From assembly GCF_009914755.1 (NCBI RefSeq), contig NC_060933.1: a stretch of 64,000 nt of DNA; one strand, given 5' to 3'. A model generated the notes under the pieces. The model worked only from the letters and a program-made list of their open reading frames with translations, was not told where the DNA came from and made no database searches. This stretch comes from the human T2T-CHM13v2.0 reference genome, Homo sapiens. The position numbers were made by a program, and so were the translations under genes. Shown here in pieces: positions 14,757 to 27,314 of this stretch; positions within the stretch are counted from its first letter, which is position 1; the number at the start of each line of letters is the position of its first letter.

Positions 14757-17047
14757 TGATACGCTTTGGCTGTGTCCCCACCCAAATCTCATGTTGAATT
14801 GTAGCTCCCATAATTCCCACGTGTTATCAGAGGGACCCAGTAGGAGACAATTGAATCATGGGAGCAGTTTTCCCCATACTGTTTTTGTGGTAGTAAATAA
14901 GCCTCACAAGATCCGATTGTTTTATAAGCGATTTCCTTTTTCACTTGGCTTTCATTCTGTCTTGCCTGCTGCTGTGTAATATGTGCCTTTAGCCTCCCAC
15001 CATAAGTAAGGCCTCCCCAGCCTTATGGAACTGTGAGTCCATTAAACCTCTTTTTCTTTATAAATTACACAGTCTTTGGTATGCCTTTATGAGCAGCATG
15101 AAAACAGATGAATACAGTAAATTGGTACTGGTAAAGTGGGGTGCTGCTGTAAAGTTATCCAAAAATGTGGAACCAACTTCGGAACTGGGTAATAGGAAGA
15201 GGTTGGAACAGTTTGGAGGGCTCACAGAAAGACAGAAAAACATGAGAAAATTTGGAACTCCCTAGAGACTTGTTGAGTAGCTTTGAACAAAATGCTAATA
15301 ATGATATGGACAATGAAATTCAGGCTGAGGTTGTCTGAGATGGAGACGAGGAACTTGTTGGGAACTGGAGTAAAGGTAAATCTTGCTATGTTTTAGCAAA
15401 GAGACTGGCAGCATTTTGCCCCTGCCCTAGAGATTTGTGGAACTTTGAACTTGAGGGAGATGATTTAGGGTAGCTGGCAGAAGAAATTTCTAAGCAGCAA
15501 AGCATTCAAGAGGTGACTTGGGTGCTGTTAAAAGCATTCAGTTTTAAAAGGAAACGGCATAAAACTTTGGAAAATTTGCAGCCACACGACATGATAGACA
15601 AGAAAAACCAATTTTCTGAGGAGAAATTCAAGCCAGCTGCAGAAATTTGCATAAGCAACAAGGAGCCAAATGTTCATCCCCAAGACAATGGGGAAAATAT
15701 CTCCAGGACATGTCAGAGATCTTTGTGGCAGTCCCTCCCATCAGAGGCCAGGAGGCCTAAAAGGAAAAAATCCTGGGCTGGATTCAGGGGCTCCCTGCTG
15801 TGTGCCACTTTGAGACTTGATGCCCTGCATCCCAGCCACTTTAGCCATGGCTAAAAGGGGCCAAGGTACAGCTTGGACTTTGGCTTCAGAGGGCACAAGC
15901 CCCAAACCTTGGCAGTTTCACATGGTGTTGAGTCTGTGGGTGCACAGAAGTCAAGAACTGAGGTTTGGGAACCTCTGCCTAGATTTCAGAGGATGTATGG
16001 AAACACCTGGATGTCCAGGCAGAATTTTGCTGTGGGGCGGGGGGGCGGGGTCCCTCATGGAAAACCTCTGCTAGGACAGTGCAGAACGGAAATGTGGGGT
16101 TGAAGCCCCTACACAGTCCCCACTTGGGTACTGCCTGCTGGATCTGTGAGAAGTAGGCCACCGTCCTCTGGACCCCAGAATGGTAGATCCACCAACAGCT
16201 TGACCATGCACACGGGAAGGCCACAGACAATGCCAGCTCATGAAAGCAACCAGGAGCGGGGATATGTCCTGCAAAGCCACAGGGGTGGAGCTGCCCAAGG
16301 CCATGGGAGCCCACCTCTTGCATAAGTGTGACCTGGATGCGAGACGTGGAGTCAAGGGAGTGCATTTTGGCACTTTAAGATTTGACTGGCCTGTTGGATT
16401 TTGGATTTGGGGCCTGTAGCCTCTTTGTTTTGGCCAATTTCAACCATTTGGAACAGGTATATTTACACCCTCCCTGTACCTCCATTGTATCTGGAAAATA
16501 ACTGACTTGCTTTTGACTTTATGTTCTCATAGCTGGAAGGGACTTGCCTTGTCTCAGATAAGACTTTGGAGAGTGGACTTTTGAGTTAATGCTCAAATGA
16601 GTTAAGATGTTGGGGGACTGTTGGGAAGGCATAATTTGCTTTCAAATATGAAGACATGAGATTTGGGAGGAGCCAGGGCAGAATGATATGATTTGGCTGT
16701 GTCCCTACCCAAATCTCATCTTGAATTGTAGTTCCCATAATTCCCACATGTTGTGGGAGGGACCTGGTGGAAGACAATTGAATCATGGGGGCAGTTTCTC
16801 CCATACTGTTCTCATGGTAGTAAATAAATCTCACAAGATCTGATTGCTTTATAAGGGGTTTCCCCTTTTGCTTGGCTTTCATCCTGCCTTGCCGGCTGTC
16901 ATGTAAGACATGCCTTTCACCTTCCAACTGTGATCATGAGGCCTCCCTACCTGTGTTGAACTGTGAGTCCATTAAACCTCTTTTTTCTTTATAAATCACC
17001 CAGTCTCAGGTATGTCTTTATCAGCAGCATGAAAACAGACTAATACA
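14757..17047 (+). mobile_element. Full-length THE1 (THE1B-like) MaLR element: LTR 14757-15116, internal 15117-16683, LTR 16684-17047
   Basis: Two homologous TGAT...AATACA LTRs, a purine tract before the 3' LTR, and a perfect 5-bp TSD AGGTC (14752-14756, 17048-17052). Confidence 0.95.
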
Positions 17048-17891
17048 AGGTCCTTTGGAATCGTCTAAGTTCCTAATTTATTTGGATATTAACTTCTTAT
17101 CAGATATATAGCATGTAAATATTTTCTCCCATTCTTTAGGTTGTCTTTTCATTGTATTGATTGTCTCCTTTGTTGTGCTGAATCTTTTACTTTGATTTAG
17201 TCCCATTTGTCTAGTTTTGCTTTTGTTGTCTATACTTTTGGTGTCAAATCTGAAAATTTATTACCAATACCAGTGTCAAGGAGCTTTTCTCCTATATTTA
17301 TGTCTAAGAGTTTTACAATATTGCTCCTAGGTTGAGGTCTTTTATCCATTTTGAGTCAATTTTTGTATGTGGGGTGAGATAAGGGTTCAGTTTCATTCTT
17401 CTGCATGTGGATATCCAGTTTTCCCAACACCATTTATTAGAGACTAAACTTTTATCATTGTGTTTTCTTGGCACCAATGCTGAAGATCAATTGATTGTAA
17501 AGGCATGGATTTGTTTCTGTGCTCTCTATTCTTTTCCCTTGGCCTACATGTCTGTTTTTATGCCAGTACCATACTATTTTAATTACTATAGCTTTATAAT
17601 TTAGTTTGGAATAAGGTAATGTGATGCTTCCACTTTTGTTTTTTCTGTTCAAGAATGTTTTGACTGTTTGGGGTCTGTTGCACACGGATTTTAGAATTGC
17701 TTTTTTCCATTGCTTTGAAAAATGTCACTGAAATTTTGATAGGGGTTGCATTATATCTGTAGATCACACTGAGTAATAGAGATTCTTTTATCTTCAAATT
17801 CTTTCATCAGTGTTCTATAGTTTTTGGTATATAGAAATTTTACTTTCTTATTTAAATTTATTCCTAAGTTAATTTTTTGATGCTATTGTAA

Positions 17892-18179
<288 letters not shown>

Positions 18180-18439
18180 CGAGATTGTTTTCTTAATTTC
18201 TTTCTGGGATAGTTCACTGTTAGTATATAGAAATGCAATAGGTTTTTTTTTTTTAATGTTAATTATGTGTTCTGTAAATTTGCTGAATTTGTTTCTTAAT
18301 TTTAACAGTTTTTTTTTGGAGCCTTTAGAATTTTCTCTATATAAGATCATGTCATCTTGAAATAGACACACTTTCACTTCTTTTCCAATTTGGATGCCTT
18401 TTATTTCTTTTTCTTACCTAATTGCTCTGGCTAGGACTT

Positions 18440-20829
18440 ACAGACTTTTTCAGAAACCCCCCACAGTAATCTAGGGGAGTCCACTGTCACTAGATCTGCT
18501 TTATAAGAAACCCTAAAGGGAGTTCCTCAAACTGAAATGCAATAAGACTAATTAGTATCATGAAACCATATGCAGTTATAAAAAGTCACTGGTAACTATA
18601 CAGTCAAATTCAAAATACTCCTAATACTGTAATGATGCAGTATAATCACTTTAACTTTTAAAAGGTTAAAAGACAAAAAATACTACAAATAAATATAATT
18701 ACAAAATATACAAAGAAAGAAACTCTGACATCAAAAAACATAAGTGGAGGGGAGTAAAGTGTAGGGTTTTTGTATATGATTGAAGTTAAGTTGTTATCAA
18801 CTTAAAATAGACCATTATAACTACAATCATGCATTTCTTAATGTGGATATGTTCTGAATAATGCAATTTTGTCATGGTGTGAATATCATAGAGTATACTT
18901 ACACAAAATTAGATAATACCACCTAACACACACCCAGGCTATATGGTATAACCTATTGTTTCCAGGCTACAAATCTGTACAGCATTGTACTATACTGAAT
19001 GCTATAGGCAACTGTAATACAATCATAAGCATTTGTGTATCTAATGTATGTAAACATATGAAAGGTACAATAAAAATGTTATAACCTTATGGGACCACCG
19101 TTGTATATGTGGCCCATCATTGACCAAAACATCCTTGTGTGGCACACGATAGCATACAATGTTTTATGTAAGCCTCATGATAATCACAAAGACAAACATG
19201 TAACAGATACACAAATGAGAATTTTACCACATGTTTAAAAAAGAATTAATACAAAGGCACAGCAAAGAATCAAAGTATACCACTACAGAAAATAATCAAA
19301 GTAATCAAATCATGCACAGCAAGAGAGAAATAAAAGAACAAGAAAACTACAAAATGCCTATCAATAGTTACTTTAAATATCAGTGGACCAAATCAGTGAA
19401 ACAAAAGACACAGAGTGGCTGAATGGATAGTAAAACAAGAACCAAATATATGCCACCTATAAGAGACTCACTTCACCTTTAGAGACACACATAGACTGAA
19501 AGAGAGGGAACAAAAGAAGAGAAAGAGTAGCTATTCTTACAACAAACAAAATAGACTTTAAGTCAAAAACTGTAACAAGAGACAAAGAAAGTCATTATAG
19601 AATGATACAAGTCTCAATTCATCAAGAGGATATAACTACTGCAAATATATATTCTACCAACATTGGAGCACCTAATTATATAAAGCAAATATTAACAAAT
19701 CTGAAGAGAGAAGTAGACAACAATAATACAATAACAGTAAGGGACTTCCATATCCCACTTTCAACAATGGATTGATCATTCAGACAGATAATCAATAAGG
19801 AAACAGCTGACTTGAACTACACTATAGATCAAATGGACCAGACATATACATGACATTCCTTTCCAAAACAGCAAAATACACATTCTTCTCGAGCATACAC
19901 AGTACATTCTCCAACATAGGTCATATATTAGGCCAGAAAACAAGTCTTAGCAAATTTAAGAAGATTGAGATCTCACCAAGTATTCTTTTTGACTACAGTG
20001 GCATGAAACTGAAATTAAAAACAGGAGAAAACTTAGAAAAGTGACAAATATGTGGAAATCAACCAACACACTCCTGAATAACCAGTAGATCAAAGAAAAC
20101 ATCAAAAAAGAAATAAAATATCTTGAGACAAACTAAAATGAAAGCACGACATACTAAAACTGATGAGATGAAGCAAAAGCCGTTCTAAGAGAGGGAAGTT
20201 TATACAGATAAGTGCTAAATAAAGAAAAAAGATCCCAAATAAACCTCAAAAAATAGAAAAAAAATAATCAAGCCCAAAATTAGAAGGAAATAACAAAGAT
20301 CATAGCAGAAATAAATGAAATAGACTAGAAAAACAATAGAAAAGATGAATGAAACGAAGAGTTGATTTTTTGAAAAGATAATAAAAATTGACCAACCTCT
20401 CACTAGGCCAAGAAAAAAGAAATCTCAAGTAAATAAAATTAGAACAAAAAAGGAGATATTAAAATTGGTACCATAGAAATACAAAGGATAATAATAGTCT
20501 ACTCTAAACAACTATGTGTCAACAAATTGTTTAACTTAGAATAGAGAAATTTCTAGAAACATACATCCACTAGACTGAAACATGAAGAAATAGAAAATAA
20601 AAACAGATAAATAATGATTAAAAATATTGAGTCAGTAGTCAAAAAGCTCCTGAAAAAGGAAAATCCAAGACCAGATAACTTAGTGGAGAATTCTACCAAA
20701 TGTTTGAAGAAGAATTAATACGATTTCTTCACAAACTCTTCCAAAAGTTGAAGAGGAGGGAACACTTCCAAACATTTTTTATGAGGCCAGCATTACCCTG
20801 ATAACAAAGACAGAAAAGGACACTACAAG
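18440..20829 (+). mobile_element. L1M ORF1-end/ORF2 segment, probably the inverted 5' part of the adjacent L1MA
   Basis: Endonuclease-region peptide YTFFSSIHSTFSNIGHILGQK. Ends at TTTTATGAGGCCAGCATTACCCTGATAAC (FYEASITLI). Confidence 0.85.
18824..19152. mobile_element. Tigger3a (Golem/MER7-type) non-autonomous DNA transposon
   Basis: ATCATAGAGTATACTTACACAAA...CCAGGCTACAAATCTGTACAGC...CTTATGGGACCACCGTTGTATATGTGG, with TA at the left flank. Confidence 0.85.
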
Positions 20830-20951
20830 GATGACAGAGATTTTTAAGGTACAAATGATGTATTGTTGGAATTGAAAATACAGGCTTTGTTAGTACAAAG
20901 ATTTGTGTGTGGATAGGTGGATGTGTACTGGTGTGTGCATGCATACATATA

Positions 20952-21481
20952 CAAGCTTAACTTGTTTTATTGCACTTCACTTTATTATGCTTCTCGGATA
21001 TTGCAGTTTGTACAGGTTGAAGGTTTGTGGCAACCCTGCACCAAGCAAGTCTACCAGTGCCACTTTTCTGGTAGCATGTGCTTATTTTGCACCTCTGTGT
21101 TACATCTTTGTAATTCTTGCAATATTTCAAATGTTTTGTTATTATTATATCTGTTATGGTGATCTGTTATCAGTGATCATTGATATTACTATTGTCATTG
21201 TTTTGGGGCATCACAAGCCATGCTCCAAAAGACAATGAGCTTAATTGATACATATGTGTATTCGAATGGTTCCATCGATCTGCCCTTCCTCCATCTCACC
21301 CTCTCCTCAGGTCTGTTTTCTGAGACACAGCAATATTGAAATTAGGCCAATTAATAACTCTATAAAGGCCTCTATGTGTTCAAGTGAAAGTAAGAGTCAC
21401 ACATCTCTTATTATAAATCTAAAGTGAGAAATGATTAAGCTGAGTGAGGAAGGTATGTTAAAAGCCGAGACAGGCCAAAAG
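20952..21481 (+). mobile_element. Tigger1 5' fragment, truncated
   Basis: TA-CAAGCTTAACTTGTTTTATTGCACTTCACTTTATT...TTGAAGGTTTGTGGCAACCCTGC...GAAATGATTAAGCTGAGTGAGGAAGG (start of transposase). Confidence 0.9.
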
Positions 21482-21576
21482 GCCCAGGCTGGTCTCGAAC
21501 TCCTGACCTGAAGCAATCCACCTGCCGCAGCCTCCCAGGTAGCTGAGATTAAAGGCATGAGCCACCATGTCCAGCT
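21482..21576 (-). mobile_element. Alu/FLAM left-monomer 5' fragment, truncated
   Basis: GCCCAGGCTGGTCTCGAACTCCTGACCT...GGCATGAGCCACCATGTCCAGC. No tail; abuts Tigger1. Confidence 0.85.
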
Positions 21577-21654
21577 TCTATGCATTATTTTAAATGGAGT
21601 ATTGAAGACTCTGTTACTGTAGAACTATTTCTAACTTCAATTCTGTCAATATTT

Positions 21655-22082
21655 GGGTCACAGGCCTTAATGTGATTACACGCTGGTCTGATGCTCATGG
21701 CCAGGACATTTTGTTTTCCTGTTGGACATAAACAATCTCACAGAATATCTACTTCAGAAGGTTAATCTGAGACCGTGATAAGTGCAAACAAAAACAAGGG
21801 CACTTTATAATGTTGTCTAAGTGCAGATAAAAAACAAGGTCTTGATGCCACCCACAAAATACTTAATAATCATATTGCTCCTGCTTTCTGACAGCATCCA
21901 ATCTAAAGTCTTCACTTTCTGAGATCCTGTCCGAAATCAACCAATTAAAGTCCAAATCGTATAATAGTTTCTCTCTAACTCCTCCCACTGAGATGACCCA
22001 TAGTACCCCATTCCTTGCTGCAATGTAATTATATTTACTTACAAGTGTGCTCCTGGTGGTCTTTAACTGAAGGGCACTGACT
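21655..22082 (+). mobile_element. Old solo LTR, probably ERVL class (MER54/MER73/MER74/LTR53-like)
   Basis: GGACATAAACAATCTCACAGAATATC...CTGAGACCGTGATAAGTGCAAACAAAAACAAGG resembles this group. Family uncertain. Confidence 0.4.
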
Positions 22083-22149
22083 GGGTCACTGGTGAAGTTC
22101 CCCGCAGGAACTGAGTCAGACCCCATCTCAGGGCCCTGCACAAGATAGG

Positions 22150-23015
22150 TGCCTGCTCTAAGGCGTGGACCCTCGCCACAGCCCTGGCCCGTCTTGACGG
22201 GCGAGGGTTACTGTACTTGTCCCAACCGTACAGATGAGAAAGCTGACACTCAGGGCCAGCAACCCGGGTCCCAGCGGAGCGCCCGGCACGCGCCGACACT
22301 TCAGCACCAGTCGCGGTGGCCACCACTGTGCGCGGAGATGGCTGCGACGCGTGCGCAGGTAAAGTCCATCCGTGCCTTGCCTCCCACCGGCGCCTTCCCC
22401 GGCCTCTGGTTTTTGTCCCCGCCAGCGGCTCCGACTCCATCGCGTCCTCTTCCAGTCTAGTGCTTTTTTCCAGATCTCGATCCCAAACTCCCTCCTGCCA
22501 GAATCTGGACCCGAATCCACCCATTGCCCGTTTTCTGCTGCCGCTGGAGAGAATCTTTGAGGTCCCCAGGAGAGCCTGCCTGCACGGAAGAGATGCCTCC
22601 TCAGTATGGCCGCCCCCGGAGAGGAGCGATTAAGTGCAGACCTCCATGTTGCTCTTGAGCCTGAGCGGCTTCAGGGAGCCATGTTTGTTACTGGCGGGCG
22701 CCGACCTCACTTAGCATGTGCAGCCCTGGCCGGGCGGCCTCAAAGTTCTGACATCACAGGGCGGTTCCTGAAGTGGACGTAGTTGTAAGAGCTAGTTATT
22801 TTAGACAATGCCTCTGGGATCAGGGACTCTAATCTGGAAATAGGTAGTAGGAGAGGTCGGTGATGCAGTCTCTGGATCAGAGACCTGAGCTATATGGGGT
22901 TAGAGAGGGGCCCTGGGCAGGCGAGTCTCTGGGGAGTGTGGTGAGAATCCTTGTGTAAGATGCTGGGAGGAGGTGGGGTCAGGGCTGGGGTCCGTGGGCC
23001 GACGGGTTGGGGGAT
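22150..23015. promoter_or_regulatory. CpG island / probable promoter
   Basis: The only CpG-dense non-Alu stretch in the window. YY1-like GAGATGGCTGC (~22335), NRF1-like GCGTGCGCA (~22349), GC box GGGCGG (~22759), splice donor CAG|GTAAAG at 22359. Confidence 0.85.
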
Positions 23016-23749
23016 GGCCAGCGTCAGGGATCAGTAGTAGAGATTCTATGTGCCCTGATCGCCAGTGGAGGTTTTAAATACAGAGTATTCATGAGTTTAG
23101 CAATGTTATTCGCCTCTCATTATTTAAATAATTTGAAGTTTTCCCCAATAACTAGTGTCTTAGAAGTCATGAAAATTTCAGAAAATGACAGGTCTCCTGA
23201 GTTTGTGATGGGAGTTGGGCAGCAGTCGCATACGAGCACCTGGAGAGTCCTTGCCAGTTCTTTGGGGATGGGGAGCTCTTAAGACTGCCCTGAGACCGCC
23301 CTTTGACCTCATTATGGTCCTTTCTAGATCAAATGCTGTTTTCCATGACTGTCTCTGTTCTTCCCATACGCGAATGGCAGGCATCCAGATCTCCAAGAAT
23401 AGAGGATTAGGAGAGACTCCACCACCTATGTCCTCACAGTTAATTATCGATTTGTGTCAGTTGCCCATTTTCTCACTTCCTGTTTGTGTGTCAAGGAGTA
23501 TTAATAAATCTTTGCCTATTTAAAGATATTAGCCTTGGATTTTCAAATATTGCATATTTTGACATGTAAAAATTTGTTAGTTTTATTTTTTCAACCGATC
23601 TGACCTGTATAGTTGGGCTTGAGGAAGCTTCCTCATTCTACATGTTACTATGGATTTTCTAATATTAACACAGGGTTGTATTTTTTCCATATAACTTTCT
23701 ATTGAATTTCTTTTTCCATATGATAGGTGGTGAAGGTTTAGCCCAGTAA

Positions 23750-23945
23750 AGCAGAGAGGTTAAGAGGTTAGATTGGGGGCTCTGGAGCCAGACCTGTGTA
23801 GATCTGAGTCCTGGCTCTGGCACTTGAAAGCCGTGTGACCTTGGTTAAGATACTTAGTCCCTCTCTGCCAAATGGAGAAATAAGGGCACCTACCCCATAG
23901 GGTAGTTGTGTGATTACACAAGTTAATACACTTCAATCAGTAGCA
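23750..23945 (+). mobile_element. MIR
   Basis: GGCTCTGGAGCCAGAC...TCCTGGCTCTGGCACTT...GTGTGACCTTGGTTAAGATACTT core. Confidence 0.75.
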
Positions 23946-24039
23946 AGAAAGTGAATGTCAAGCTGTATTTGTTCAGGCAGCCATATGGTAGCCCCACGTC
24001 CTTAGTAAACTGAGGTATTGAAGTATCTTCTTTTTCTTT

Positions 24040-24290
24040 CAGAAAATATTTGTCAAGCACCTTCTGTGTTCTAAGAACTGTTCTAGAGCTTTGCATGCTA
24101 TGGAGGTCTAGAAATTCACATTATGGTGGCAGGTGACAGACAATACAAAGAGATAAAGCAATTTCAGATAGTGATAAGCTAGGGAGGAGTGCTAAAAGGA
24201 GCCAAGGTGTAGTGGTGACTGGAAGGTGACCAGGGAAACCACTGTAGGGTTTCTAAGTGATGAGATCTGTGACAAATCCCTGTGGTCAGC
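24040..24290 (-). mobile_element. L2 3' fragment
   Basis: AAATATTTGTCAAGCACCTTCTGTGTTCTAAGAACTGTTCTAG...ATTTCAGATAGTGATAAG. Confidence 0.6.
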
Positions 24291-24409
24291 AGCAGGCATT
24301 GGATATGTAACTTTATTCTGTCCCATTGATCTTGTAGTCAACCCTGGTCTGTTCTGTATTGTTTTAATTACATAATCTTTGTAATAATCTTTAATACCTG
24401 GTGGAGTGC

Positions 24410-25209
<800 letters not shown>

Positions 25210-25569
25210 GAGCAAGGTCTCCACACTCCTTTCTCCTGTAATAATTTTCCATTTGAAAATTTTCCTTGCAATTCTCACACCTTTATTATTTCATATAAAT
25301 TTTACAATCAATTTTTTTCTTGTCTAGATAACCATGCCATTTGGATTAAAATTGCATTACATTGCAACTTTTGAGAAACTATGGGAGGAGAATTGGCAAC
25401 CTTATAATATTGAATTTGCTCATTAAGGAACATAGTTTCTCTGTTTATTTAGGTGTTATATTTTTCATAACATACATGTTGGTATTTCTACCCAGGCTTT
25501 TCTCTTTGTTTTGTCATGTAACCCATGAATGAGACTGCACTGTCTGTGTGATTGGGCAGTTGCCCAAAG

Positions 25570-26900
25570 TTTAAGGTGTTAACATGCATTAATTCACTTA
25601 ATCACTCCTCATTTCCTCCTTCCCTCAACCCCTGACAACCATGAATCTGCCTTCTGTCTCTAGATTTGCCTATTCTGGACATTTTATATAGATGTGTCAT
25701 CCAATATCTGGTCTTTTCTGACTGGCTTCTTTCACGTAGCAGGATTCTACGGTTTATTGAGGTTCATTCATTGTGTGGCCTGTATCAGTGCTTCATTCCT
25801 ATTTATGGCTGAATAATGTTCCACTGTATGTACATATGTATGTATACCACACTTTGTATATCCATTTATTTACTGGAGGATATCTGGGTTATTGACAGTA
25901 TATTTCAGGAGTCCCCAAGATCATCCTCCCCCTTGATCTACTGCTCTTTGTATCTTATATGACCTGTGCAGAACTATTTATCTGGAAATTAGGTGATGGT
26001 TAACTAAATATAGTTCTTCTAAAGACTCATTTTCCGTTGGTATTACATCCTGAGGAGACTTTAACTCAATCTCCCAATACATTTGATCATCAATATCAGT
26101 ATTACCACATGACTTATTTGCATGAGGTAATCAAATCTAACCAGCCATGCCAGTGTTACCCATATTGCATGTTGTGGTAGTAGATGCAGCCCCCCAAAAT
26201 AAAAGTCAAAAGATGCTGGCACATTCCTGAGGTTCTTCTCAGCCACTAACAATTGGTGTAGTTCATCATCACCTGGAATGACCAAAATGTCTCCCATGGA
26301 AATGCGGCTCAGCTGTGTAGGCTTCCATTTAACTTTGTCAGGTTCCGAGGCAGTGCTGGCTTGAGTGGTCTTGTTTCCACTTTGGCTATGATGAATAATG
26401 CTGCTGTGAACATTCAGGTATACGTTTTTGTGTGGTTTCATTTCTTTTAAGTATATACCTTGGAGTGTAATTACTGGATCATATGATAACTCTGTTTTAA
26501 TTTTTGAGAAACTACCAAAATGTTTTCCAAAACAGACAAGGTTTTACATTCCCTCAGCATTGAATGAAGGTTCTTATCCAGTTTCCTGTTCTTGCTGACA
26601 CTCCTTATTGTTTGTCTTTTGAATTTAGTTATCTCAGTGGGGTGAAGTGGTGTATCATTGTGTTTTGATTTGCATTTCCCTAATAATGAATGTTATTGAG
26701 CACCTTCTCACATGCTTATTGGCCATTTTTCATCTTTTTGAAGAAATGTCTACTCATCTTTTGCCCATTTTTAAATTGCGTTGTCTTTTTATTGAGTTGT
26801 AAGAGTGGTTAGATCGTCTGGAACATGTGTTCCTTATCAGATATAGGACTTATAAGTTTTTGTCCCATTCTGTGGTTGTCCTTATTTTCTTATGTAACCT
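25570..26900 (-). mobile_element. L1MB/L1ME-type 3' end, interrupted by a non-L1 insert
   Basis: CCCTGACAACCATGAATCTGCCTTCTGTCTCTAGATTTGCCTATTCTGGACATTT; resumes at TTGTTTCCACTTTGGCTATGATGAATAATGCTGC. Confidence 0.8.
25891..26370 (-). pseudogene. Unidentified degraded coding-like insert
   Basis: Interrupts L1 at GGGTT|...|TTGTTTCCAC. The minus strand gives protein-like segments across frameshifts. Parent not recognised. Confidence 0.4.
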
Positions 26901-26901
26901 T

Positions 26902-27159
26902 TGTATTAGTCTGTTTTCATGCTGCTGATAAAGACATACCTGAGACTGGTCAATTTACAAAAGAAGGAGGTTTATTGGACTCACAGTTCCATGTGGCTGT
27001 GGAGACCACACAATCATGGCGAAAGATGAAAGGCAAGGAGGAGCAAGTCACGTCTTACATGGATGGCAGCAGGCAAAGTGAGAGCTTGTGCAGGGAAACT
27101 CTCATTTTTAAAACCATCAGATCTCGTGAGACTCATTCACTATCATGAGAACAGCACAG
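26902..27159 (-). mobile_element. THE1 LTR, truncated
   Basis: TGTATTAGTCTGTTTTCATGCTGCTGATAAAGACATACC...CACTATCATGAGAACAGCACAG, then stops before the ATATCA terminus. Confidence 0.92.
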
Positions 27160-27314
27160 AGCAAAATGAATCAACAGTTGACAAATTAAGGATTAACTTA
27201 TGCAAGATTTGACTGAGAATACTGAAGAAAACATTCTCGACATACTCGACATCATTAGTTATTAAAGAAATGCAAACGAAAAGTATAATGAGCTGCCTCT
27301 TCAAACCTACTAGA

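Noticed and set aside
15513-16927. Multiple 76-128 aa ORFs
   Set aside because: Degenerate THE1 internal and LTR sequence with stops and frameshifts.
22063-22524. 153-aa minus-strand ORF as a bona fide CDS
   Set aside because: No recognisable domain. Long ORFs in several frames are expected in GC-rich DNA. Kept only as part of a finding.
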